Assembly (NCBI GenBank): GCA_013388635.1
Contig: JACAEX010000032.1
Span: 2,112-66,111 of the forward strand
Length of the DNA stretch: 64,000 bases
Reading direction: 5' to 3'
Source: Syntrophaceae bacterium
Lineage (GTDB): Bacteria > Desulfobacterota > BSN033 > UBA1163
Below, in pieces: positions 10,443 to 18,959 of the stretch; within the stretch, counting starts at the first letter, position 1; the number at the start of each line of letters is the position of its first letter. Position numbers and translations under genes: made by a program. The notes below the pieces were generated by a model. It did not search any database. It worked only from the letters and a program-made list of their open reading frames with translations, and had not been told where the DNA came from.

Positions 10443-10658
10443 GAATAAGGGATTAGGGTAGGCGGCACAGGGACCTCCGGGAGCTATATAGGGCAGATGA
10501 ACAAGGACGGCGAAAAGGAAGATGCAGACAGCGAATAGTCGATGTTTGGCAAAAAACTTCCGTATCGTTCCGTTCCTTAACGTAGCTATCTTGAGCTCCG
10601 TTCCTGAAGAACACCCCAGTGATGTCTCAAGGGAGAACCTGAATTATCAGAGCAGCTT

Positions 10659-10747
10659 TGGTGCCGAAGAGGGGATTTGAACCCCTACGGGAGCAATTTC
10701 CCACTAGACCCTGAATCTAGCGCGTCTACCAATTCCGCCACTTCGGC
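10659..10747 (-). tRNA. tRNA-Leu(CAG), type II tRNA with a long variable arm, 89 nt including CCA
   Basis: Reverse complement reads GCCGAAGTGGCGGAATTGGTAGACGCGCTAGATTCAGGGTCTAGTGGGAAATTGCTCCCGTAGGGGTTCAAATCCCCTCTTCGGCACCA. Acceptor stem GCCGAAG/CTTCGGC. Anticodon stem CTAGA/TCTAG with loop TTCAGGG, giving anticodon CAG. T-loop GGTTCAAATCC. Close resemblance to E. coli leuT. Confidence 0.85.
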
Positions 10748-10844
10748 TTCTCCAGATCCACCGGTTGAAAATCTTAAAATATTATATTATATTTTTTTGA
10801 GATAAGTCAAGTTTCGAAAATTTATAGATTTTTCTCCTACCCGG

Positions 10845-11789
10845 ATGGAAATCATTTTCGGAATTGATCAACTGAAGAAACCCTTCATCAATCCTGTGGT
10901 GACCCTCGGTAATTTTGATGGTGTTCATCTGGGTCACCAGAGAATTTTTGAAAGATTGCGAGAGGAAGCAGAAAGAATCCGCGGGGAGGCTGTGGTCATC
11001 ACCTTTGAGCCTCACCCCCTAAAAGTCCTCTTCCCTGAGCATCCTTTTCCGCTCCTCACCCCTTTTAAAAAGAAGATGTTCCTGATTGAGAGAACAGGAA
11101 TTGAAAGGGTTCTCTGTATCGAATTCTCCTCAGCCTTCGCAGAAATCTCTCCTGAGAAGTTTGTAAGAGACATTCTCATTCAAAAGGTGAATGTTAAGAA
11201 GATTGTTGTCGGATATAACTACCGTTTTGGCAAAGGGAAGAGCGGGGACATTCAGACTCTGAAACAGATCTGCGAGCTCTTCCATATCGGGTTGGAAGTG
11301 GTAGAGGCGCTGACAGTTGAGGACACGATTGTCAGCAGTTCGAAGATCAGAGATCTGATCAAAAAGGGTGAGGTGGAGATGGCCTCGAAACTGTTGGGGA
11401 GGGATCACCTGATCATCGGCAGAGTGATCGAAGGGTCGAAGAGAGGACATGGTCTCGGTTTCCCGACAGCGAATCTTGAAACAGCAGATGAATTGTACCC
11501 AAAGGTGGGGGTGTATGCGGTCGATGTGATCTGGAAAGATCTATCTTTCAACGGAGTTGCCAACGTTGGATTTAATCCCACCTTCGCTCCAACGCCAGCA
11601 GCAAAGAAGAACGACTTGACCTTGGAGGTCTACCTCTTAGATTTCGATCAAGACATCTATGGTGAAGAGATTCAGGTCGGTTTCAAAAAGAGGATCAGGG
11701 ACGAGGTTCGCTTTGACTCCCCTTCCCATCTGATTGATCAGATTCGGAAGGATATCCAGTGGGCCAAAGAGAACGTATTCGCTACTTAA
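10845..11789 (+). CDS. ribF: Bifunctional riboflavin kinase / FAD synthetase
   Basis: N-terminal VTLGNFDGVHLGHQ nucleotidyltransferase motif. C-terminal riboflavin kinase domain (GRDHLIIGRVIEGSKRGHGLGFPTANL). Confidence 0.9.
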   Translation: MEIIFGIDQLKKPFINPVVTLGNFDGVHLGHQRIFERLREEAERIRGEAVVITFEPHPLKVLFPEHPFPLLTPFKKKMFLIERTGIERVLCIEFSSAFAEISPEKFVRDILIQKVNVKKIVVGYNYRFGKGKSGDIQTLKQICELFHIGLEVVEALTVEDTIVSSSKIRDLIKKGEVEMASKLLGRDHLIIGRVIEGSKRGHGLGFPTANLETADELYPKVGVYAVDVIWKDLSFNGVANVGFNPTFAPTPAAKKNDLTLEVYLLDFDQDIYGEEIQVGFKKRIRDEVRFDSPSHLIDQIRKDIQWAKENVFAT

Positions 11790-12402
11790 TCAGCTTCCCA
11801 AACCTCGTCCACCTGATCTTACCTAATATGTCCTCGGCACTCCGATCCCATGAAAAGTAGATGATGAAGGCTTTCCCCCGGACCGCATCGGTATTGACAA
11901 ATCCCCAGAAACGACTGTCCTGGCTGTTATCACGGTTATCTCCGAGAACGAACAAGGAACCCTTTGGAACAACGACAGGACCGAACCTCTCCACGGTCTG
12001 AAGGTATCTTAACCAATCGCTCTTCTCGCTATAGTGCCCCCATGGATCATCGATCACCTGGTTATTGATGTAGATCTTGTCACGGATGATCTCGACTTTA
12101 TCACCTTCTGTTCCAATCACCCTTTTGATAAAGTCCTTCGATCGATCCTTCGGATAAACAAACACGATGACGTCCCCTCTCTTCGGATTCTTAAACTGAA
12201 AGAGTTTAATATCGGTGAAGGGAATTTTCACCCCATAAATGAACTTGTTGACAAGAATATGGTCACCCACCAGAAGGGTCGGCTCCATCGAACTCGACGG
12301 GATCTTAAAGGCCTGCACCACAAAGGTCCGAATAAAAAGAGCGATCAGGACTGCGATGACGATCGGCTCTACATACTCCTTGATAAACTTTCTCTTTTCC
12401 AT
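11782..12402 (-). CDS. lepB: Signal peptidase I
   Basis: N-terminal TM helix. Catalytic Ser box SSMEPTL. Lys box and GDNRDNSQDSRFWGFV box E. The start is taken at MEKRKF; the ORF-track start at 12441 adds 13 residues. Confidence 0.85.
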   Translation of the reverse strand: MEKRKFIKEYVEPIVIAVLIALFIRTFVVQAFKIPSSSMEPTLLVGDHILVNKFIYGVKIPFTDIKLFQFKNPKRGDVIVFVYPKDRSKDFIKRVIGTEGDKVEIIRDKIYINNQVIDDPWGHYSEKSDWLRYLQTVERFGPVVVPKGSLFVLGDNRDNSQDSRFWGFVNTDAVRGKAFIIYFSWDRSAEDILGKIRWTRFGKLIK

Positions 12403-12498
12403 TCTCTCCTCTTGCCTTAAATCGCAGAGCGCATGGCGCATAGCGGATTCTTTAGATTCTTTTTTACACGCACTTTATCGCTATGCTCTGAGTGAGGT

Positions 12499-13314
12499 TT
12501 ACTCCTCTGCAATCTGTCTGTAAGCTCCTGGCCTTCTGTCTTTGAGAAATGGCCATTCCTTCCTGACCCTATCGATCATCTTAAGGTCGATGTCAACCAG
12601 TGCAATGCCCTCTTTCATTCCAGAGGGCCTGTCGACCAGTTCTCCCTCGGGCGAGACACAGAAAGACATTCCATAAAAATCCTGCTTCTCCTCGCTGCCG
12701 ACACGGTTCACCCGAAAGATGTAGACACCATTGGTAATGGCATTGCTCGATATTACGGTCTCCCACCTTTTCTGGGATGCAAACGCAGCCGCAGTTGGGG
12801 AAAAAATGATCTGAGCACCTTTTAACGCAAGTATCCTCGCCCCTTCCGGGAAGAAATTGTCCCAGCAGATCTGGACACCGATCAGAGCAAATCTTGTTCT
12901 GAAGACAGGGAACCCTGCATCTCCAGGGAAGAAATAGTACCTCTCTTCCCAGAGAGGGATCTGTGGAACATGGATCTTTCGATAAGACCCTAAGATCTCT
13001 CCGTCTGCATCGATGACGACCGCAGCATTGTAAAAGCGCCCTTCTCCCTTCTCAAAGATCGGGCAGATCAGAACGACCTCGTGCTCCCTTGCCAGTTTCT
13101 GCATCCCTGTTATGGAGGGGCCATCGACCGGTTCAGCCAGGGAAAAATGGCTTTTCTTCATCTCCCATGGAAACCAATGGGTCGTAAATAACTCCTGGAA
13201 ACAGATGATCTTCGCCCCTCTCTCGCAAGCGATCTCAGCAAATTTAGCCGCCTTTTCCAGATTTTTCTCTTTCTCTTCACTGCACGAGATCTGAATACCT
13301 GCCAATTTTATCAA
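12499..13314 (-). CDS. Carbon-nitrogen hydrolase (nitrilase superfamily) amidohydrolase
   Basis: IKLAGIQ...KIICFQELF matches the start of a CN-hydrolase (Glu of the catalytic triad). Later FRKIHVP (Lys) and a GVQICWD-type Cys motif. A probable TTG start at 13314 sits behind a GGAGAGGA RBS; the ORF-track ATG at 13437 adds about 41 non-conserved residues. Confidence 0.7.
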   Translation of the reverse strand: MIKLAGIQISCSEEKEKNLEKAAKFAEIACERGAKIICFQELFTTHWFPWEMKKSHFSLAEPVDGPSITGMQKLAREHEVVLICPIFEKGEGRFYNAAVVIDADGEILGSYRKIHVPQIPLWEERYYFFPGDAGFPVFRTRFALIGVQICWDNFFPEGARILALKGAQIIFSPTAAAFASQKRWETVISSNAITNGVYIFRVNRVGSEEKQDFYGMSFCVSPEGELVDRPSGMKEGIALVDIDLKMIDRVRKEWPFLKDRRPGAYRQIAEE

Positions 13315-13549
13315 TGCCCAGTCCTCTCCATGGCCAGAAAATATCGAAATGCTAACAGAGCAGCGATCCGGTGTCAAGATTCGGCATTGAAAATAGCAAA
13401 CCAGCACATCTCTGTCTTGAATATTTCTCTGTTGCATTTTTTTGCGGTGAATTTATAATGTGATTAACTACTTTGGCCGCCTAGCCCAAAGTGAAGCCCC
13501 TTGCCAACAAGGCCTGGCTTTCAGGGCACATTCCAGTCATGGGAAAGTA

Positions 13550-14263
13550 ATGAGAATCCTGATTGTCGAAGACGAGAAAAAAGTCGCCAGCTTTATTAAG
13601 AAAGGCCTGGAGGAAGAACATTATGCGGTGGACGTTGCCTATGATGGTGAAGTGGGCCTCTATATGGCCGAGGTGAATGAGTATGATTTAGTAGTGCTCG
13701 ACCTGATGATCCCCAAGGTCGATGGTTTAGAGGTATTGAAAAGGATCCGGAGGGAGAAGAACAATGTTCCCGTACTGGTCCTGACCGCAAAGGATAGCGT
13801 GGAGGATATTGTCAAGGGGCTTGATTCAGGATGCGATGACTATCTGACCAAGCCATTCAATTTTTTGGTTTTTTTGGCCAGGGTTCGTGCGCTCCTCCGC
13901 CGCGAGAAAATGGAGAAGGAACCCCTCTTAAAGATAGCCGACCTAACCTTATCCCCTGTCACCCATAAAGTGGCAAGGGGGGGGAAAGAGATAGAGCTGA
14001 CAAGCAAGGAGTACGCCCTCCTGGAGTACTTTATGAGAAACCCGGATAGGGTCCTCACGCGTACTATGATCGCCGAACATGTGTGGGACTACCATTTTGA
14101 TTCAATGACCAACGTGGTCGACGTATACGTCAATTACCTTCGAAAAAAGATCGATAAGGATTTTGAACCCAAACTGATTCACACGCTTCGGGGGATCGGT
14201 TATATTCTTTCTGCGGGCAAGCAGACAGCCCCTGAGCCTAACATGGCACAGGGCAAACCGTGA
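13550..14263 (+). CDS. OmpR-family response regulator (REC + winged-helix)
   Basis: MRILIVEDE with DLMIPKVDG (phospho-Asp). C-terminal trans_reg_C helix with YVNYLRKKID and TLRGIGY. Confidence 0.85.
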   Translation: MRILIVEDEKKVASFIKKGLEEEHYAVDVAYDGEVGLYMAEVNEYDLVVLDLMIPKVDGLEVLKRIRREKNNVPVLVLTAKDSVEDIVKGLDSGCDDYLTKPFNFLVFLARVRALLRREKMEKEPLLKIADLTLSPVTHKVARGGKEIELTSKEYALLEYFMRNPDRVLTRTMIAEHVWDYHFDSMTNVVDVYVNYLRKKIDKDFEPKLIHTLRGIGYILSAGKQTAPEPNMAQGKP

Positions 14264-14274
14264 AAAGAGGATAG

Positions 14275-15786
14275 ATGCCTTTCCATAATCTCCGATTTAG
14301 GCTGACGCTTTGGTATGTCCTGATATTGGGAGTTCTATTAATCTCCTTCAGCAGTTTTTTGTACCTGACCCTCTCGAAAAGCCTCCATCGGGATGTCGAT
14401 AATAGATTGCGGTCCCTGGCTGAATTGATCGCTTCGGAATCATCTTCCCCGCTATCTAAGTTCGGTTTCGGAAATTTCGATCAGGCACTTGAAAGATCCC
14501 TGAATCTGAGACCCGTTGGGAAATTCATACAGGTCCTGGACGAATCGGGCAACATTGGTCGAAAATCGGATAACTTGAGAAACGTCCAGCTTCCAATCAG
14601 CCTCACCGCGTTGAAGAACGCCTCGAAGGGAGTGGTCACTTTCGAGACGAATCGCTCTTTCTCCAACAGTCCTCTGCGAATCATCACGTTCCCCGTTTTA
14701 GAGCAGAATCATATGAGTAAGATCATCCAGGTGGCCTCGTCATTAGAAGATGTGGAGGATGCCCTGAACACCCTGTTCATTATCCTGATGGTCGCTGTCC
14801 CTCTGGCGCTTCTGGTTGCCAGTTTGGGCGGCCAATTTCTCGCCAACAAGGCGTTGGGCCCCGTCGATCGGATTACTCAGACGGCCCGGATCATCACCTC
14901 CCAAAGCCTGAATCAGAGGATTGAACCACCAAAGGCAAAGGACGAGATTTCAAGGCTGATTGAGACGTTCAACGACATGATCTCCCGTCTGGATCAGTCC
15001 TTTCGTCAGATCAAACAGTTCACTGCTGACGCCTCGCATGAATTGAAAACCCCTTTGACCATTCTGAAGGGAGAGGTGGAGGTGGCGCTGCGCAGGAAGA
15101 GAACTGATCAGGAGTACATCCAGGTCTTAAGGAGTAATTTGGAAGAGATTAACCGCATGTCCAAGATTGTAGAAGACCTTTTGCTCCTTTCAAGGGCCGA
15201 TTGCGGGGAGGTCCGTCTCGAGAGGGAGGATATCAATTTGACCGAGATCTTGACCGAGGTGGTCGCTCAGATGAGCTTTCTGGCCCGGACGAAAAACCTG
15301 CGTCTCGAGATGTCAAACCACTCTGGAGAGATGCATATTTTTGGGGATCGGTTGCGAATCAGAGAGCTATTCATAAACCTGATTGAAAATGGAATCAAGT
15401 ACACGGAGGCCGGAGGAGCTATCCGCATCCACCTTACAAAGGAATCGCTGCGGGAAGAAGGGGGCCTTTTGACTTGGGCGAAAGGAGACCAGGCCGAATT
15501 TGCCAAGGTGACTGTTTCCGACACTGGTATTGGCATTGCCGAAGAGGATCAGGGAAAGATATTTAACCGATTTTTTAGGGTCGATAAGGCACGGTCTCGA
15601 GAAGAGGGCGGAAGCGGCCTTGGACTTAGCATTTGTAAGTGGATTGTAGAGGCTCACCACGGTGAGATTCGAGTGGAGAGCCAGCTGGGAAGTGGAAGTT
15701 CCTTCATTGTCAGGCTGCCTCTCTATTCTGTTAACCATGAAAAGCTAAGGCCAAAAAAGGTAATCGCAGTTGCACAATCAGGGTAA
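14275..15786 (+). CDS. Sensor histidine kinase (2 TM + periplasmic loop, HAMP, HisKA, HATPase_c), cognate to the upstream OmpR-type regulator
   Basis: H-box ADASHELKTPLT. N box, G1 DTGIGI and G2 GGSGLGLSI. Two TM helices flank a roughly 130-aa loop. Confidence 0.85.
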   Translation: MPFHNLRFRLTLWYVLILGVLLISFSSFLYLTLSKSLHRDVDNRLRSLAELIASESSSPLSKFGFGNFDQALERSLNLRPVGKFIQVLDESGNIGRKSDNLRNVQLPISLTALKNASKGVVTFETNRSFSNSPLRIITFPVLEQNHMSKIIQVASSLEDVEDALNTLFIILMVAVPLALLVASLGGQFLANKALGPVDRITQTARIITSQSLNQRIEPPKAKDEISRLIETFNDMISRLDQSFRQIKQFTADASHELKTPLTILKGEVEVALRRKRTDQEYIQVLRSNLEEINRMSKIVEDLLLLSRADCGEVRLEREDINLTEILTEVVAQMSFLARTKNLRLEMSNHSGEMHIFGDRLRIRELFINLIENGIKYTEAGGAIRIHLTKESLREEGGLLTWAKGDQAEFAKVTVSDTGIGIAEEDQGKIFNRFFRVDKARSREEGGSGLGLSICKWIVEAHHGEIRVESQLGSGSSFIVRLPLYSVNHEKLRPKKVIAVAQSG

Positions 15787-15913
15787 ATTTCTCTCGAAAA
15801 GTGGGTAATTATTAGCCAGCAGAGGCCCCTTTTTTTCACTTTTTTCTCATGTGAAAAAATCAAATTACAAAATAACCAATTAAAATCAGCCGATTAAGAA
15901 AATTGTCAAAATT

Positions 15914-15929
15914 TGGCACTCATTTTGCT
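15914..15929 (+). promoter_or_regulatory. Sigma-54 (RpoN) -24/-12 promoter: TGGCAC-N5-TTGCTA
   Basis: Exact GG/GC spacing: TGGCAC tcatt TTGC, about 72 nt upstream of the pilB start. It lies in an AT-rich 214-bp intergenic region. A sigma-54 activator (pilR) is encoded in the same cluster. Confidence 0.55.
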
Positions 15930-16000
15930 ATTAACATAACAATCCAGTGTCCTCAAATATCCACTAAAATAAATATTGTTCGATTCAGAGGGGACTTCTC

Positions 16001-17797
16001 TTGGCAGAACGTCTGACTGATTTACTCGTCAAGAAAAACTACATCACACCCGACCAGCTTAAGAAAGCGATTGAAGACCAGAAGTTTAAGGGAGGTCGCT
16101 TAGAATCGAGCCTGGTCCGCTTGGGATATATCAAGGAAGACGACCTCCTCGCTCTCCTCAGCGCATATTATAGAGTCCCTTCCATCAAGCTCTCCAAGAT
16201 CGAAATCAATCCGAATGTGATCAAACTGGTTCCATCCAGCGTAGCCAAGAAGCACTTTATCATTCCCACGAATCGGGTCGGACCCAAATTGACCCTTGCA
16301 ATGGTCGACCCCAGCAACATTGTGGTGATTGACGAAATCAAATTCATGACCGGCTTCAATGTCGAACCCGTGGTCGCCTTGGAGACCGAGATCATCGATG
16401 CTATTAAAAAGTATTACGGAGGGGGTGGGAGCGTTGCTGGAAAGGGAACAGTCTCATTCAATGCAGCGGATTACACCATGGAGGAGAGGGAGGCTCCTCT
16501 GGACGGCGGAGCACTGCTCGAGGATGACCTCGTCGATGTCGATGACTTCGATTCCCTTGTCCACGGAGCTGTGGACAATGTGGAGGTGATCGAAACTCAG
16601 GCCGCTGCCGACGAATCAGGAGAGATCGAGGGTCCCATCATCAAAATTGTCAACGGGATCCTGATCAAGGCGATCAAAATGGGGGCAAGCGATATCCATT
16701 TCGAACCTTATGAGAAGACTTACCGGGTCAGATATCGGGTGGACGGAGTGCTGAGACGGGATATGCTGCTACCTCCCCAGCTGAAAAATGCGATCACCTC
16801 CCGGCTAAAAATCATGGCCAAACTGGATATTGCTGAAAAAAGGCTTCCGCAGGATGGGAGGATAAAGCTGCGCATGGGGAAGGCAAGAGAAATGGACTTC
16901 CGGGTTTCCTCGCTCCCTGTCCTTTTCGGTGAGAAAGTGGTCCTCCGGTTGTTGGACAAGTCCGCATTGCAACTGGACATGACGAAGCTTGGCTTTGAAG
17001 AAGACTGTTTGGCTGAGTTTCAGAGCGCTATCCACAAACCCGTGGGGATGATCCTGGTCACAGGTCCAACAGGAAGCGGAAAGACGACGACCCTCTACTC
17101 TGCCTTATCTGAATTGAACAAGGAGACCGAAAACATCATGACGGCAGAGGACCCCATTGAATATAACTTCATGGGGATCAACCAGGTCCAGATGCACGAG
17201 GAGATCGGCCTCACCTTTGCCTCTGCCCTCCGATCCTTTCTGCGTCAGGACCCGGATATCATTATGGTTGGTGAGATCCGGGACTTTGAGACAGCGCAGA
17301 TTGCGGTTCAGGCAGCCCTGACCGGGCACCTGGTTCTGAGCACGGTTCACACCAATGACGCTCCTGGAACGATCACCCGTTTGATCGATATGGGGGTCGA
17401 ACCCTTTTTGATCTCCTCTGCGGTCATTTTGATCCTCGCTCAACGCCTCGTCCGCAAGATCTGTTCGGAGTGCAAGGAGCAGATCAAACCCAATCCCCAG
17501 CTCTTGATCGATTTAGGAGTGCCGCCAGAAGAGGCAAAATCATTTCCGGTCTATAAAGGAAAGGGATGTACCATCTGCAACAACACGGGCTATAAGGGCA
17601 GGCTCGGTCTCTATGAAGTGATGACCATGAAGGAGGAGATCAAGGACCTCGTCCTGGCACGCGCCTCAGCCTCTGAGATCAAGAAAGAGGCTATCCGTTT
17701 AGGGATGAAGACCTTAAGACAAAGCGGGATCAATAAGATCAGGGATGGATTGACGACCATCGAGGAGGTCCTCAGAAGCACGATGGAAGACCGATGA
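16001..17797 (+). CDS. pilB: Type IV pilus assembly ATPase PilB (GspE family with N-terminal T2SSE_N/MshEN-like domain)
   Basis: Walker A GPTGSGKTT. Asp box. His box. Tetracysteine motif CSECKE...CTICNNTG. N-terminal GSPII_E_N-like helices. TTG start behind a GAGGGGA RBS. Confidence 0.85.
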   Translation: MAERLTDLLVKKNYITPDQLKKAIEDQKFKGGRLESSLVRLGYIKEDDLLALLSAYYRVPSIKLSKIEINPNVIKLVPSSVAKKHFIIPTNRVGPKLTLAMVDPSNIVVIDEIKFMTGFNVEPVVALETEIIDAIKKYYGGGGSVAGKGTVSFNAADYTMEEREAPLDGGALLEDDLVDVDDFDSLVHGAVDNVEVIETQAAADESGEIEGPIIKIVNGILIKAIKMGASDIHFEPYEKTYRVRYRVDGVLRRDMLLPPQLKNAITSRLKIMAKLDIAEKRLPQDGRIKLRMGKAREMDFRVSSLPVLFGEKVVLRLLDKSALQLDMTKLGFEEDCLAEFQSAIHKPVGMILVTGPTGSGKTTTLYSALSELNKETENIMTAEDPIEYNFMGINQVQMHEEIGLTFASALRSFLRQDPDIIMVGEIRDFETAQIAVQAALTGHLVLSTVHTNDAPGTITRLIDMGVEPFLISSAVILILAQRLVRKICSECKEQIKPNPQLLIDLGVPPEEAKSFPVYKGKGCTICNNTGYKGRLGLYEVMTMKEEIKDLVLARASASEIKKEAIRLGMKTLRQSGINKIRDGLTTIEEVLRSTMEDR

Positions 17798-17828
17798 TGG
17801 AAAAGAGTGAAGAATCAGGAGGGAAAAA

Positions 17829-18935
17829 ATGGTTGAATTACAGAAACTGCTTGAAACCGTGATCGAAAAGAAGGCTTCCGACTTGCATATCACCACAGGG
17901 TCTCCCCCGCAATTTCGGATCGATGGAAAACTGGTCACCTTTGATACGACCGCCCTGACCCCTGCCGATACGAAGAGGCTTTGCTACAGCATATTGACCG
18001 ATGCCCAGCGCCATAAATTTGAGGAGGAATGGGAACTGGACTTTTCGTTCGGAGTGAAGGGCCTGAGCCGTTTCAGAGGAAATATCTATATGCAGAGGGG
18101 CGCGGTCAGTGGCGCCTTCCGGGCGATTTCCTTTGACATCCTCAACTTCACTGAACTGGGAATCCCTCCTGCTGTCAATGAATTGATCAAAAAACCCAAG
18201 GGCCTGGTCCTTGTCACCGGGCCTACCGGCACGGGAAAATCGACCACCCTGGCAGCGATGATCGACAAGATCAATAAGGAACAGAATGCCCATATCATGA
18301 CCATTGAGGATCCGATCGAGTATCTTCATTATCATAAGAATTGCATGGTCAACCAGAGAGAGGTGGGCGCGGATACGAAGAGCTTTGCCTCTGCCCTTCG
18401 CCATGTCCTCAGGCAGGATCCGGATATCATCCTGATCGGCGAGATGAGGGATCTGGAAACGATCGAGGCTGCCCTGGTGACAGCGGAGACAGGCCATTTG
18501 ACCTTTGCCACGTTGCATACCAACTCCTGTGTGGAAACGATCAACCGGATCATCGATGTCTTTCCTCCGCACCAGCAACAACAGATCCGGACCCAGCTCT
18601 CCTTTGTCCTGGAAGGCGTCCTGGCCCAACAGCTGATCCCGAAGATTGGCGGAAAGGGCCGCGTCCTCGCCATGGAGGTGATGATTCCAAACGCTGCAAT
18701 TCGAAACCTGATCCGAGAGGATAAGATCCAGCAGATCTATTCCGTTATGCAGGTCGGCCAAGCGAAATTCGGGATGCAGACCATGAACCAGGCCCTTCTT
18801 TCGTTGGTTGAACGCCATCTGATCTCATTGGAGGACGCCATGGCGAGGAGCCATAATCTTGATGAATTCCGGCAGATGCTCTCCACCTCCAATATCGCCG
18901 CAGCGAGAAGGGAAAGGCCGATGAGAACAGCCTAA
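17829..18935 (+). CDS. pilT: Type IV pilus retraction ATPase PilT
   Basis: 368 aa. MVELQKLLETVIEKKASDLHITTGSPPQFRIDG matches the PilT N-terminus. Walker A GPTGTGKST. AIRNLIRE motif near the C-terminus. Confidence 0.9.
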   Translation: MVELQKLLETVIEKKASDLHITTGSPPQFRIDGKLVTFDTTALTPADTKRLCYSILTDAQRHKFEEEWELDFSFGVKGLSRFRGNIYMQRGAVSGAFRAISFDILNFTELGIPPAVNELIKKPKGLVLVTGPTGTGKSTTLAAMIDKINKEQNAHIMTIEDPIEYLHYHKNCMVNQREVGADTKSFASALRHVLRQDPDIILIGEMRDLETIEAALVTAETGHLTFATLHTNSCVETINRIIDVFPPHQQQQIRTQLSFVLEGVLAQQLIPKIGGKGRVLAMEVMIPNAAIRNLIREDKIQQIYSVMQVGQAKFGMQTMNQALLSLVERHLISLEDAMARSHNLDEFRQMLSTSNIAAARRERPMRTA

Positions 18936-18959
18936 AAGCCAATAAGGGAGGGATGAGCG

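Noticed and set aside
10640-10850. Possibility that tRNA-Leu marks an integrated mobile island covering the glycosylation genes.
   Set aside because: No integrase, transposase or phage genes and no visible direct repeat of the tRNA 3' end within the window. Retained only as a weak hypothesis inside the glycosylation finding.
13460-13549. Upstream extension of the response-regulator ORF (MINYFGRLAQ...).
   Set aside because: The REC domain begins precisely at MRILIVEDE. The extension is non-conserved and would overlap the divergent promoter region.
17838-18818. 326-aa ORF antisense to pilT. Similar long antisense ORFs occur at 22134..23051, 28612..29277, 33014..33538, 34743..35324, 42536..43252, 46175..46828, 50002..50952 and 61097..61750.
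   Set aside because: Each lies fully inside and opposite a confidently assigned gene. The proteins are low-complexity and Arg/Pro/Gly-rich, typical of GC-rich antisense frames. None has an RBS or a family resemblance.
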